Part shown: positions 1 through 11,877 of the stretch, one piece after another | How positions within the stretch are numbered: position 1 is the stretch's first letter | Layout of the letters: each line of letters opens with the position of its first letter | NCBI GenBank assembly: GCA_951406725.2 | Contig: OX597814.1 | Location: 56,668,001-56,732,000, forward strand | Length of the DNA: 64,000 nucleotides | Reading direction: 5' to 3' | DNA from: Octopus vulgaris | Lineage: Eukaryota | Made by a program: the position numbers and the translations under genes | The notes under the pieces: generated by a model | The model's input: only the letters and a program-made list of their open reading frames with translations | Database searches by the model: none | What the model was told of the DNA's origin: nothing

Positions 1-437
1 ACATATATACATAACAGGCTTCTTTCGGTTTCTTTCTGCCAAATCCATTCACAAGACTTTGGTTGACCTGGGGAAGATACTTGCCCAAGTTGCTGTGCAT
101 TGGGGTCTGAACTCAAGATCACATAGTTGAGAAGCAAGTTTTTTACCACACAGCCATGCTGGCACCTATTTAGTAACATTTTTAAAAATGATTTATAAAA
201 AAGCCTTTTGGATGGAATAGAATTCAAAATCATATGGGGAATTCATCTGCAATCTGCAATATATCATGGGTGTTGTCATGTAATTCTGTAGAAAAATGTC
301 TAACTCTGTGTTAGCATTGACTGTGATGTACTTTCCTTGACTTCGCTTTACTGTTGGTAAACTACTGCCTGGCATGCTGAGACATGTTCTCTAGCTGATT
401 ATTTAAATAGACTTGTTTATTTTTCATGTACACTTAG

Positions 438-480
<43 letters not shown>

Positions 481-3169
481 CATACATACATACATACACA
501 TTCATCCATGTGCATGTACACTAATGCAAATGTAATGTATGTGTGCATGCATGTGTGTGTGCGTGTGCATGCATCAGTGCATAAAAATACAAAAACAGCA
601 GCATGACAATTGCGATAAAGCTCACTTAAATAAATAGAACATTATATACGTATTGTTGGTAGCAATATATTCATTGGGATAAGTATTTTTAGTTTTGTAT
701 CCCTTGATTTTGTTTACTGATGTATATCTCTATATAACTCAAGATTGCTAGTTTCTTAAAAAATATATAGTTGCTTACAACAATAGTTACCATAAAATAT
801 ATGAGGCGAACTTTACATTATGGAGTGGAATGTACAATTTCCTTTAAGTCAGACTGTCTTGTAGCCTCAGCAGACAAAATGGAAAAGCTGTTACCCTGGA
901 GAATGGCGAGGAAGATTTGCTGGAACAGCCACTCAGACTTATGGGGCTTGCACTTGTGAACAGCCATCTCTGCCCTGATCTCTCTTGTTTTTGTATTAGT
1001 ACAACTTGTGGGAACAGTTGTTCACAAGGTTTTGAATTTAAGGGAAGTATTTAACAGTTTGCCATACACTCAGGGATCATGTTGTTGCATCCTTTTAGAT
1101 CTAACCCTCCCACCACTCCCTGTTTCTTTCCCACCAAAGTTTTTCTGGGAAGTGTTAATCCCACTAATAGTGGGTGGGTCTGCTAAATTCAGTGTCATTG
1201 TACAAGAAAAAAAAAAGAGGGGAAAAAGAGAAGTGTTGAAGCATGGTTACTGTTTGGTGACTGAATCCAGTAAAAGAATATCTTTCATTTGGATTGGCAG
1301 AATCATTAGAGTGTTAGGAAAAATGTTTTATTTGATTTCTTTCACATCTCCGTGTTTAGAGTTCAAATCCTGCTGAGCTCAGCTTTGCTTTTTTATCCTT
1401 GTGGGGTTGATAAAATAAAATACCAGTCAAGAATGGGGATCAATGTAATGAACTGATTCTCTCCACCAAAACTGCTGGCTTTGTGTTTAACCCTATAGCA
1501 TCTAAACTGGTCACATCCAGCTACACTATTCTACCAGCTTAATGGTCAAACTAGCCAGATCTGGTATGTCACACCTACCTTACAATGTCATTCTAAAATT
1601 AAACAGTCATATCATCAAAATCTCAGAGCTACAAAGTAATGTATGATTAACTAAAATCCTCTTACATATACCCTTACATATCTTACATATACCCTAAAAC
1701 TAAACCATCACATCATTGAAATCTCAGGGCTATAAGTCGATGAATGATTAATTCAAAGCAATATGAACTAATAAGCATTACATTTGACAGGGTGACCTGA
1801 ATGCTAAAGGGTTAAATTAGAACTAGTTACTAAAGGAGTACTTTTCTGTTTGTTGAGGGAGTCATTTCTCAACAGAATGGAGTACAACTTTATATTGTCA
1901 ACTTACTGTAGAAAATAAACAGTTGCAGGAACATGGAGAAAATGAAGGGATGGAAAGGACTGGAAATACTGGAAGTGACTATTAGAATCAAATTTTGTAG
2001 TTATTAGGATGGGACTTTATGAGGAATATAGGCTGAAAGATAAAGATTGCAAACTGCTAGAATAATTGTGAATATGAGTTCAGATGTTAATACTAGCACT
2101 GTGCTTGTACCATGAGTATTGTATTTAATTGTTTAAGCAAAATATAATTTATATAACTGATATTTAATAGTTAAGTAGTAAGTGAATGGAACTCTTGTTG
2201 GTTTTGATGATGAAAATTCAAGTTGTGTGATTTATGGAACTTCTTTTGCCAGTCCAAATAAGACATTCTTTTATTTGGATTTAGTGCATGGCTTAGTGGT
2301 TAGAGTGTTGAACTCACAATTCTAAGATTGTGATTTTGGAGCAAAACACTTCATTTCACATTGCTCCAGTCCATCCAGTCGGCAAAAATAAGTATTCCTG
2401 CAACAGACCAGCATCTCATGCAGGTGGTGGTGGGTATATATGCTACATAATCCAGGAAACCAGCCCTATGAGTCTATATGGCTCTGGAAGGAGCTTTCTA
2501 CTTTCTTTTTATTGTTTTATTGAGTTCAGTTACTGAATGGAAGCCATGCTGGAGTTTACCACTTCCTTTTGTTTTTGTACTTTTTTGGGGGGCACATGGT
2601 GTAAGTGGATGAGTATCCCACAAACACTTGTATCTTTAATGTAATCATCAGCTATTTGAGCTTACATGTAGAATCCACCTTATGAGCTTTCACAGTTTCT
2701 ATCTTCCACCCAGTTGTTTCCAGTTATGAATGCTCTGCTAATATGACTTGGATAAAATGTCTATTACTGATTGTCTGCACCTGGTACAGCAAAGTAAGTT
2801 TTAAGAAAGCCCAGAAATAAACAATGTTCCTAGAATAAGCTTCCTTTTCTAACTATTTTAGGTATTAATATCTCTTTTGTATGGAATCTAGGCATCGCTG
2901 TGTGATAAGAAAATTGCTTCCCAACTACATGGTTCCGGGTTCACTTACACTGTATGACACCTTGGTTAAATGTCTTCTACTGTAGTCTCAAGCTGATCAA
3001 AGCCTTGTGAGTGGATTTAATTACTGGGGTCAATTCATTCAACTAAATGTTCTTCAAGGCAGTGCCCCAGCATGGCCACAGTCTAATGGCTGAAACAAGT
3101 AAGATAAAAGATAATATCTAGTCTCTGTAAATTGGCAAGCTAGCTAACTTACTCATACTCCATCACTGA

Positions 3170-3625
3170 TCTTTGTGTCCTTATATTATTTACATTTGAT
3201 GGATATTTGTCCTCATCTTTATTGTTAATGCAACGTTTCGGCTGATATACTCTCCAGCCTTCATCAGGTGTCCTGGGGGAATTTCAAACCTGAGTTCTCA
3301 TTCCTAAGCTATGTTTCCAATGTTATTATTATTATTATTATTATTATTAAGGTCACTGCCTGGAATTGAACTTGGAATCTTGGGGTTAGTAGCCTGCACT
3401 CTTAACCACTACGCCATGTAGTCGTGGGCAATTATGGAGTGAATTTTTGGGTTTATAAATCTAATATTTTCCTATACTTCCTTAATACCAGTTCCCATAT
3501 GCTACTCATATCTGCACTAGGTCTGCTTAGGAGGTTACTATGTCCTAGCATGTGTGCTGCCTTTTTGAGTTTTCGTATTTTCCAGTGGTGTTCTCTGACT
3601 ATTATTTTAACTTCATCCCACAGGG
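3170..3625 (-). mobile_element. Penelope-like element 3' fragment: GIY-YIG C-terminus, tRNA-like segment and hammerhead-bearing pseudo-LTR
   Basis: ORF 3453-3635 (LWDEVKIIVREHHWKIRKLKKAAHM...SSIWELVL) resembles PLE endonuclease C-termini; A/B-box segment at 3351-3416; hammerhead core at 3230-3272. Confidence 0.75.
3230..3272 (-). ncRNA. Minimal type I hammerhead ribozyme motif (partly decayed)
   Basis: Minus strand: gacac CTGATGA a GGCTG gagagtatat CAGCC GAAA CGTT gcat; 5-bp stem II, palindromic ACGT stem III, mismatched stem I. Confidence 0.7.
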
Positions 3626-4513
3626 AGATACACAAAAGATTTCAGCCTAGAAGTGTGCTGTTGTGAAATGAACTGCAAACCACATAGCCATGCCTTTGCC
3701 TATAAATACTTGGCTGCCGTGATTGTTTGCTACCCCCTCTCTCTCTCATGTACACACACAACATATTTTGAATGAAGCACAGGCACAGATGTGTGCTTTA
3801 TGGTTTAAATGTTTGCTTCGCAACCATATGGCTTCATGTTCAGATCCCACTGCATGCCACCTGGGCTGACCAAAGCCTTGTGGATAGATTTAGTAAACTG
3901 AAAGCTTGCACACGTGTGCGTGTGCACATATGTGTGTTCTTGTCTTGACATTGCATGATAGTTATAGATGAATCATACAAGCAGTGTTGTTCATTTCCAA
4001 TCTTCTGTGAAAATGTTTGGCTATGGGGAAATATCATTTTAGAAACAGATGAGGGTCAGCAACAGGAAGAGCATCTGGCTGTAGAAAATCTTCCTCATTA
4101 AACTCCATCTGGCCCATGCAAGCATGGAGAAGTGAATGTTAAAACAATGATTTTATATTTTATATATATATATGTATAGGGTAAAAGGGTTAGGACCTCC
4201 TTCGGTCATGAATGACCATGGGATTGCACTTAGAAAGTTCCCCTTCGAGGTACAAGTTCTGGCAAGGTTGTTTATAGGAGACCAGCAGTTGCCCATGCAT
4301 ACCAGACTCCCCGCTGACTCCACTGATGTTAACCAAGAGAAAGGCAAAAGCTTATACAGCTTAGCACCAGTGATGTTGCAACTCATCATCTCTGCAGCTG
4401 AGTGAACTGAAGCAATATGAAATAAAGTGTCTTGCTCAAGCACACAACACACAGCCTAGTCTGGGAATTGAACTCATAACCTCATGCTTGTGAGCCTAAT
4501 ATATACACACATA

Positions 4514-4890
4514 TAGGGTGTTCAGAATGAATTTGGCAGTTAGCATAAAAGGAAAATAAAGTACAACATCTCACCCAAAAGTAAAAGTATTTAAAAAAAT
4601 TTTTTAAGATATCAACTAGATAACAGTTTACTCAAAATAGCCACCCTCAGCTTCCACTGCATCATCAAAATGGCTATGGAACTTGCCACAGGTGTTCCTC
4701 ACTGTGTCATTGGGAAGACGTTCAAATACCTCCTTGATCTTGGCCACAAACTTGGCCTTTGTGTTGCAGACAGAATGGTTGGTGTCTTTCTCAACTGCAC
4801 TATGTACATAAGTAATCCATAGGATTACAATTGGGGAAATTAGTCCATGTTACATCTTACAGCCATTATAATGTTCACAAGCCATAGACC
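4514..4890 (-). mobile_element. Tc1/mariner-superfamily 3' fragment
   Basis: Minus strand encodes decayed NFPNCNPMDY...KIKEVFERLPNDTVRNTC...VEAEGGYFE-stop, like the WPPNSPDxNPxD motif and C-terminus; ends in TA-TAGGGTG. Confidence 0.6.
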
Positions 4891-5490
4891 TTGGCCTGAA
4901 ACTAGATTAAATAAATAAATAAATAAATGAATATATATATATCATCATCACCATTACTGTTTTTGCCTTCACTTTCCTATGCTTGCATAAGCCAGGCAAA
5001 ATTTGAGGCAGATTTTCTTAAGCTGAATGCACTTTCTGTTGCCAAATCTCACCTATTTCCAAGGAAGATAATAATTTCCCTATTTCCTCAAATATGAACA
5101 GTATAATGCTTGGACATGTTTCCACTGGTGATTTAAAAAAAAAAACAACAAACAAAAAAAAACACTGCTTGTATGGTGGTGATGTAATGTAATTTGCAGG
5201 CAGTGTCAAACAAGGGGGTTAAGAATACACACACATGCACACACACTGAGTTTCTTTCAGCTTCCATCTGTCAGATCCACCCAAAAGGCTACAGTTGGCC
5301 TGTAACTGTTTTAGAAGACGCCTGCCCATTGTGCTACGCAATGGAACTGAACCTGAAAATATGTAGTTGGAAAGTGAACTATACATACATAGAAACCCAC
5401 GCACACTTAATACACGCATTTACATGCACACACACATGGAAAATATGTAAGCAGATTTATGCATTGTTCAATAGTTCTTGATGTGTGCAC

Positions 5491-5526
<36 letters not shown>

Positions 5527-6093
5527 TTACAGACTTGTACATTTCCATTTTTGCATATAATATAATAAACATGTTATGTTTGGAAAGCATTAAAAGATGA
5601 TGTATTTTTTTTTTTGTATACATTTTAACAATAGCAACAATGTTTATTCATTTATGCCCTCTGTTGGGCCTGTGAAAGATTATTTCGTGTTCTTTCACAG
5701 TCTCTCCTGCTCATTATGGGATCAGTCCATAACATCAGCTGTGTTAAGATTGAGCTCTTGATTTACTACATAAACGTGATGTCTGTGTCAACCTGACACT
5801 AAGAACTAGAAATAGACATTAATGTATTCCTGTATTATTGTGTGAATACGTGCATATGTGTATGTATTAATAAGGGTTTGTTTAATTTTGGGGGCTGGTT
5901 ATTGAAATGAAATTAATAGTTCTGTTTGTTGCCTTTTTTTTTCTATTTTCAGATAGGACCAAAAGAAAAAAAAAGTACCACAATGATGTTTTAACAAATT
6001 CATATTTTTATTTACTTATACATACCAACATTATTATTTTTTTGTTCTCTCTTCCTTACTGATTTTGTTTATTATCTTGTCTTTATTCAACAG

Positions 6094-6199
6094 AAAGAAA
6101 TTCAGGCTATGAGCCACTGTAAACACGAGAATGTGGTTGCCTATTACACATCATTTGTAGTGAAAGAAGAACTGTGGGTTGTTATGAAGTTGTGTGGAG
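6094..6199 (+). CDS. OXSR1: SPAK/OSR1-family STE20 kinase, internal exon A ([35 protein letters not shown])
   Basis: Pyrimidine tract + CAG acceptor ending 6093; translation matches OSR1 [33 protein letters not shown]; GAG|GTGGGT donor is the only nearby GT in phase with the next exon. The 3' end is ambiguous (see findings). Confidence 0.9.
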
Positions 6200-7027
6200 G
6201 TGGGTAGCTGTTTTATTTGAAATCGATATAATGATGCTTCTGAAAAGAGTGACTGCTGATAAATAGGCAAACTTTTGTATTTATATTTTTTATAAAAGCA
6301 TTGTTTTTTGTCAGTTTGCATAGACTTGTTTAAAATTTTTCATTTTCTAAATTGAAAGACTGAATTTATGATATATAGATTGAAATAAAATATTTATTTC
6401 CAGACTGTTGTACCAAAAGTATATGATTTTTTTTCTTATTGTTAAGTTGTTACATATACATACATAGATATTATACATGTATCTATACATATCTATACAG
6501 TGGGGGAATTCTTAGCCATGACGTTATACAAGCATTAATCTAATTCAAACAGCTGTTTTATGTAAATTTGTGTAATTTAATAATGATTTGTATACACTGT
6601 CTATGTTAGATTTGAATTTCTCAGCCTGTAAGCACAACTTTTGTTTTGAACAAAATGTGCTTATGATTTGTTGGTAAGGTGAACAAAACAGTTGGATATG
6701 AAACAGCATCAGAATCTTATCCACTGAAAGCAGAACTATTGGGTTTTTTTGTCTATAATCTGTATTTGTTAATAAATGCATGACTTAAAATTGGCAAAAA
6801 TAAAAAAAAAATCTAAAACTGTTAGCTATAGGTGCAGGTGTAGCTGTATGGTAAGATACTTGCTTCCCAACGATGCAATTCTGGGTCCCATTGCATGGCA
6901 CCTTGGGTAAAGATTGTTCTACTATAGCCTCAAGCTAACCAAGGTCTTGTGAGAGAATTTAGTAGATGGAAACTGAAAGAAGCCTCTCTCTCTCTCTCGT
7001 TTCATTTCGTTTCTTCTTCTCCCAGTA

Positions 7028-7058
<31 letters not shown>

Positions 7059-7151
7059 CCCTCCTTCTTCCCATCTTTCCTGAGCATCCAATAATACTTT
7101 ATTTGTTCCACATCCTTGCGTTGTTGTCTTTTTGTTTTCTTGTTTGGATTA

Positions 7152-7217
<66 letters not shown>

Positions 7218-7285
7218 CACACAAGTGTTGGACAAAATAATGGAAACACCTTAAAATTTCAAACAAATTTATTTTAATATATATA

Positions 7286-7690
7286 GGCACAGGAGTGGCT
7301 GTGTGGTAAGTAGCTTGCTTACCAACCACATGGTTCCGAGTTCAGTCCTACTGTGTGGCACCTTGAGCAAGTGTCTTCTACTATAGCCTCGGGCCAACAA
7401 AAGCCTTGTGAGTGAATTTGGTAGACAGAAACTGAAAGAAGCCCGTCGTGTATATATATATATATATATATATATATGTTTGTGTGTCTGTGTTTCCCCC
7501 CCCCCCAACATTGCTTAACAACCGATGGTGGTGTATTTATGTCCCCATAACTTAGCGGTCTGGCAAAAGTGACTGATAGAATAAGTACTAGGCTAATAAG
7601 TACTAGAATAAGTCCTGGGGGTCGATCTGCTCGACTAAAGGTGGTGCTCCAGCATGGCCGCAGTCAAATGACTGAAACAAATAAAAGAGT
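7286..7690 (+). mobile_element. tRNA-derived SINE family A (OK-like octopus SINE), full length, inserted in the Tc1 element
   Basis: Head GGCACAGGAGTGGCTGTGTGGTAAG, B-box-like GTTCAGTCC, internal (TA)n, AAAAGAG tail; flanked by TAATAT duplication. Confidence 0.85.
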
Positions 7691-7694
7691 AATA

Positions 7695-8660
7695 TGGGGG
7701 TAGGACCCCCTTTGGTAGTAATTACAGCTTCAAATCTATGAGGTATGGACCCGTACAAAGTTTGGATTGTTTCCAAAGGAATTTTTGTCCATTCTACAGC
7801 TATAACAGTCTCCAGTTCTTAGAGTGATGATGGTGGAAGATATCGACTCCTTACTTGTTTTTCTAAAGTACACAATAAATGTTGAATAATATTGTGATCT
7901 GGGGACTGTGGTGGCCAGATAAGATGTTCAACTTCACTGGAATGTTCCTCGTGCCATTCAGCTGTGTGAATTGGTGAATTATCATCTTGAAACCTAGATT
8001 AAATACTTAAATAAGTCTTGATTATTAATTTTGCCATGAAGGGAAACCATTGGGCTGGCAGATTTCCAAGATATAGCCCTCTAGATCATCACAGATCTTC
8101 CTCCATCCATGTTTAATAGTTGGAAGAAAGAAGTCTGGGTCAAATGCTTCTTTTGGCTGTCTGTATACTCGGCCGGTGGTTAGAAATAAGGTAAAGGATG
8201 ACTCGTCTGAGAAAATAACCTTCTTCCACTGCTCTAGGGACCAATTCTGTAGGTTTTTACTCCACTCTAAATGCTTTGCACCGTTTGTTTTTGTAACTAG
8301 TGGTTTTATGATTGCAGCTCTCCCATGAAATCCGGCTGTGTGCAGCTCCCGGCAAACAGCTTTTATGGAAACTGGGTTCTTGAGGTGGTCATTAAGCTCT
8401 GCAGTAGTTTTAGGAGCTGTACTTTTGCGATCCTTTCTAACAATTTGCATAAGAGTCTGATGGTCCCTATCTGAAAGTTTTGGTTTTCTTCCGGAGTTTT
8501 GTTTTGACAAGAAGGTTTTTCCCTCTTTCTCAAAGGCTTTCATTACTTTCAAGACATTACTTCTTGATACACCAAACATTTCAGCTGTTTCCATTATGCT
8601 AGTGCCTGCCATATGAGCACCAACAATTTGACCTCTTTGAAAGTCCGATAGATCTGTCAT
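7695..8660 (-). pseudogene. Tc1-family DDE transposase pseudogene
   Basis: ORF 8025-8660 has HTH regions, GRKPK and WKKVIFSDES; frameshifted continuation DDNSPIHT...WPPQSPDHNIIQH and terminal GPT. Confidence 0.9.
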
Positions 8661-8989
8661 TTTTATGAATTTTAATTACCTTTTTCTGATGATATCTGAA
8701 AAGAAACAATTTTAGCAAAACATTTTAAGCAACACTAATAATAAATCAAAAAACATAAAAATAAACAAGCTTTTGACAGTTTTATAGATATTTCAAAATT
8801 ATGATGCTATGACTCTAGATGTTTCCATTATTTTGTCCATTTAAGTCACAATATATTGATTCAAGTAATCCGGTAGTGCTCATAAAATAAGCTCCTTTAT
8901 GTATCATTCTATAAAATATAGAATATTTAGTATAAGAGAAAACGATAAGGAGTGTATAAAGTCATAAATGACAGCAAAATTGTTTTGCA

Positions 8990-11055
8990 ACCAACTTGCA
9001 CATGCAAGTGCTACCAGTTGAAAGCTCTGCATACTGGAAGCCAGCAAGTGTATGGGGTCATCAGGAGAGAATGGGCACCATTTCAGAGCCTACCTCTCGA
9101 CGGCATCAATGCGCACTCCCCACCCCTGATATGTGGCCCCACTTGCTAGGTCAACTGGTTATCAAATAAAGCTCAATATTCTTCTAGCCATTGCCCATCT
9201 CTCTTTTTTACCAAATCAAGTGGCTAGCCTTGTCCGCTGTAGTTTGGATATTGATCATGATTGTATTTACTTTACGATGAGTTAGGCTTAACGGTAACAA
9301 CACTCGCCTCACACTGTGTCCAACAAATCCTCTACATCCAACTTTGATTAGAAAATGCTCTGCTTTCCAGTCTCTGTCTTCACATTCTTTGAGGAGGTTT
9401 ACATAACAATCAGTCTTTCAAGCCTGAGCGATGTCCATGTTATCTTCACGAGGAACCGTTAACTAGATTCACAACTTTCTTTCTTTCACACCCCATTAAA
9501 ATGTTCATTTTTTTCGTAACTGGGATGAGAAAGAGTCTCTGGCACCCTGGTAAATCTGCAACCACCTCCCAATAGCTGTTCCTCTTTTCATCACTCACAG
9601 GAAGTTTCTTCTTGAAACGGATCTGCTGTCCTGAGTGCATGTAGGTATTGAAATCTCTAGTTGGTACTTTCAACAGTTTTTGCTCACTGTTGTTGAGATC
9701 AATTTGGTTCTTTATAGCAATGAAGATAACCTTAAGGACCAGGTTGTGTCTCCATGTATACCTGTTCAATGCTAGTGAACAATTGGAAAGAATGTGTTTC
9801 AGTGTTCTGACCTTTCTGCATCTGCATATATCATTCTCTGAGACGTTCCATCTTACTAGATTTTCAGGTGATGGCAAGGCATCATAGGATAAATGAATCA
9901 AAACTTAGCTGAGATGTGCTCCACCTCCATATCTCATTTCAACTTATTTTTCTTTCAACAACATCTTCCTCCCATCTCATCATCTGTCCTTGTTGTGTGC
10001 ATTGGATCAAATGTAGCTCCCTTCTCGCTACTTCACTTGTTTTGATGATGCTGCTAACAACAGATCTGCATTTGTTTCACATCGTACTTGCAAACGGTCT
10101 AAATTGATCTGTGCCAAAATCAAGTCCCTTCCGATGAGTTTGTGTTGCACCCACCATATCTCAGTGTGTAAGAGAAGACAGAATGTCATCAGTCTCTGCT
10201 TCTGCTTTCCTCTTCCTGGCTGTTTTCACATCTGGTGGACTATGCCTGATTTCCATGTCTCGACTCTCTCAGCATCATCACCGTTCATACCTTCCCTAGT
10301 TTATAAATTTTGACTATTGATGCCAGTGGTAACTGCAATGAGCCTTTTATTACGATAAAGAGCTGAACTGTTCAATATCTGAAGTAGGTTTAGCCACTTT
10401 CTAATGAGCACGTTACATTTTTGTTCAATGATTTCAACCCGTGACTATGCTACCTCATATATTAAAAGTGGTCACGAAAGTCACGGATACAAGCCGAACT
10501 GTAAGCACCAAATTTTATATTTACCTGGTAACTTTGAGTTATCAGGTGCTGATAATCCAACCTCGGCTTGTTTCATAATTTCCATCCTGCAACTCCTATC
10601 TGACAATGTTCCAGCATATACTCACCCCAAGCTCTTGACAGGTTCTTCCTTGACTGTTGGAATGCTTTCCTCAGCTATTTGAAACTTAACTTCTTTTTGC
10701 ACTCCCTTAATAAATGTCACACTATGTGACTGTTTTGCTTTAAATCGTATCCTTGACCACTTCACAAGCTTGTCTAGTCTCAAGAGGGCACTCTGCATGA
10801 TTTGCTTGTCTGTTGATAGAAGTGTCATGTCATCCATGAAGGCATTTCTAGGTGATTGTACATCGGTGATTTGCTCCGAAAAATCCATGGCTTTCAAAAT
10901 CATCTCCATGACTAAGATAAACCACATGACAGATACAGTGCAGCTAGCAGCAATGCCAATCTCCAACCAGTGCCAATCTATTGTAAAATCTCCAGCTATA
11001 AACCTCATCTTAAAACCGTCATAATATATCCTCATTAATTTGGTTACTTTGGGGT
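8990..11055 (-). mobile_element. 5'-truncated non-LTR retrotransposon with restriction-like endonuclease (HERO-like), decayed
   Basis: RT AFMDDMTLL and KSLG motifs; CCHC knuckle CRC..TLKHILSNC; RYTWRHNLVL; RLE-like LTVPRED...IKVGCRGFVG in other frames. Confidence 0.85.
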
Positions 11056-11096
11056 GGGGTGGGGAACAAATAGAGATACAAAGACACACACACACA

Positions 11097-11230
11097 CGAA
11101 GGGAAGTCAAAAATTAACCATACTTTCGTTGTAATATCTTTATTATTGTCTTCTGCACATGCGTGCTTATAGTTGGTACTATTGTGGTTATGTGATTGAA
11201 GTTTGAGCCTGATTGCACCATTTTTCAGTA
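11097..11230 (+). mobile_element. Isolated mariner 5' end (same family as 11344-11832)
   Basis: CGAAGGGAAGTCAAAAATTA start; reverse complement of ~11695-11832. Confidence 0.7.
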
Positions 11231-11343
11231 AGAAAATTCTAATATCTTGACAAATTGTTTCATAACTTAAAAACATGTAAATAATTTATATCATTATATT
11301 TAGTAATAAATAAATTACTTACATGCCTGTTTTAAATAATATA

Positions 11344-11830
11344 CGAGGGGAAGTCAAAAATTATCCACAGTTTTGCCATATCTTTTATTTTTGGCACACT
11401 ACAAGATCTGATTTCTCTGGTTGAAGGTGAGTCAGGTGCTAAAATTCATTGGAGGTTTTTAGCACAAGTGCACTACCACATAGAATTGTGTATGAGTGGA
11501 TGAAGTTTAAAAGTAGCCAGACAAGTGTGACGTATAAAGAGGTAGCAGGATGCCCATCAACCTTCACCACTGATGAGAAGATTAAGCAAGACCGAGAGTT
11601 TCAGCATTACCATCTCTTGGATCACTGCTCTTTGTACTTCTTTGGTGCACATTGCTAGTGGAGCAGCCATGCTTACTCTGTAAAGCCAGAAAGAAAAATG
11701 GTGCAATCAGGTTCAAACTTCAATCATGTGATCACAATAGTACCAACTATAAGCATGCATGCACAGAAGGCAGTGTAACAATAATAAAGATATGTTATGG
11801 CGAAAGTGCGGATAATTTTTGACTTGCCCT

Positions 11831-11832
<2 letters not shown>
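11344..11832. mobile_element. Mariner-derived non-autonomous element with internal rearrangement
   Basis: TA flanks; TIRs CGAGGGGAAGTCAAAAATTATCC / GGATAATTTTTGACTTGCCCTTG; HTH remnant IVYEWMKFKSSQTSV...GCPST. Confidence 0.85.

Positions 11833-11877
<45 letters not shown>

Larger units (their letters stand above)
7220..8839 (-). mobile_element. Tc1-like DNA transposon, near full length, decayed, interrupted by a SINE
   Basis: Inverted repeats TGGACAAAATAATGGAAACA (7229-7248) and TGTTTCCATTATTTTGTCCA (8820-8839) enclose transposase sequence. Confidence 0.9.

Noticed and set aside
771-1376. Non-repetitive GC-richer stretch with short ORFs; possible alternative first exon
   Set aside because: No convincing in-frame ATG plus donor joining to exon A and no recognisable homology.
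3351-3416. tRNA gene calls here, at 57290-57345 and at SINE heads
   Set aside because: A/B boxes only, with no complete cloverleaf or acceptor stem; repeat-derived.
5953-5974. Possible microexon TTTTCAG|ATAGGACCAAAAG...|GTACCA upstream of exon A
   Set aside because: Poor donor, 22 nt frame-shifting, poly-A content, and it would interrupt helix C of the kinase.
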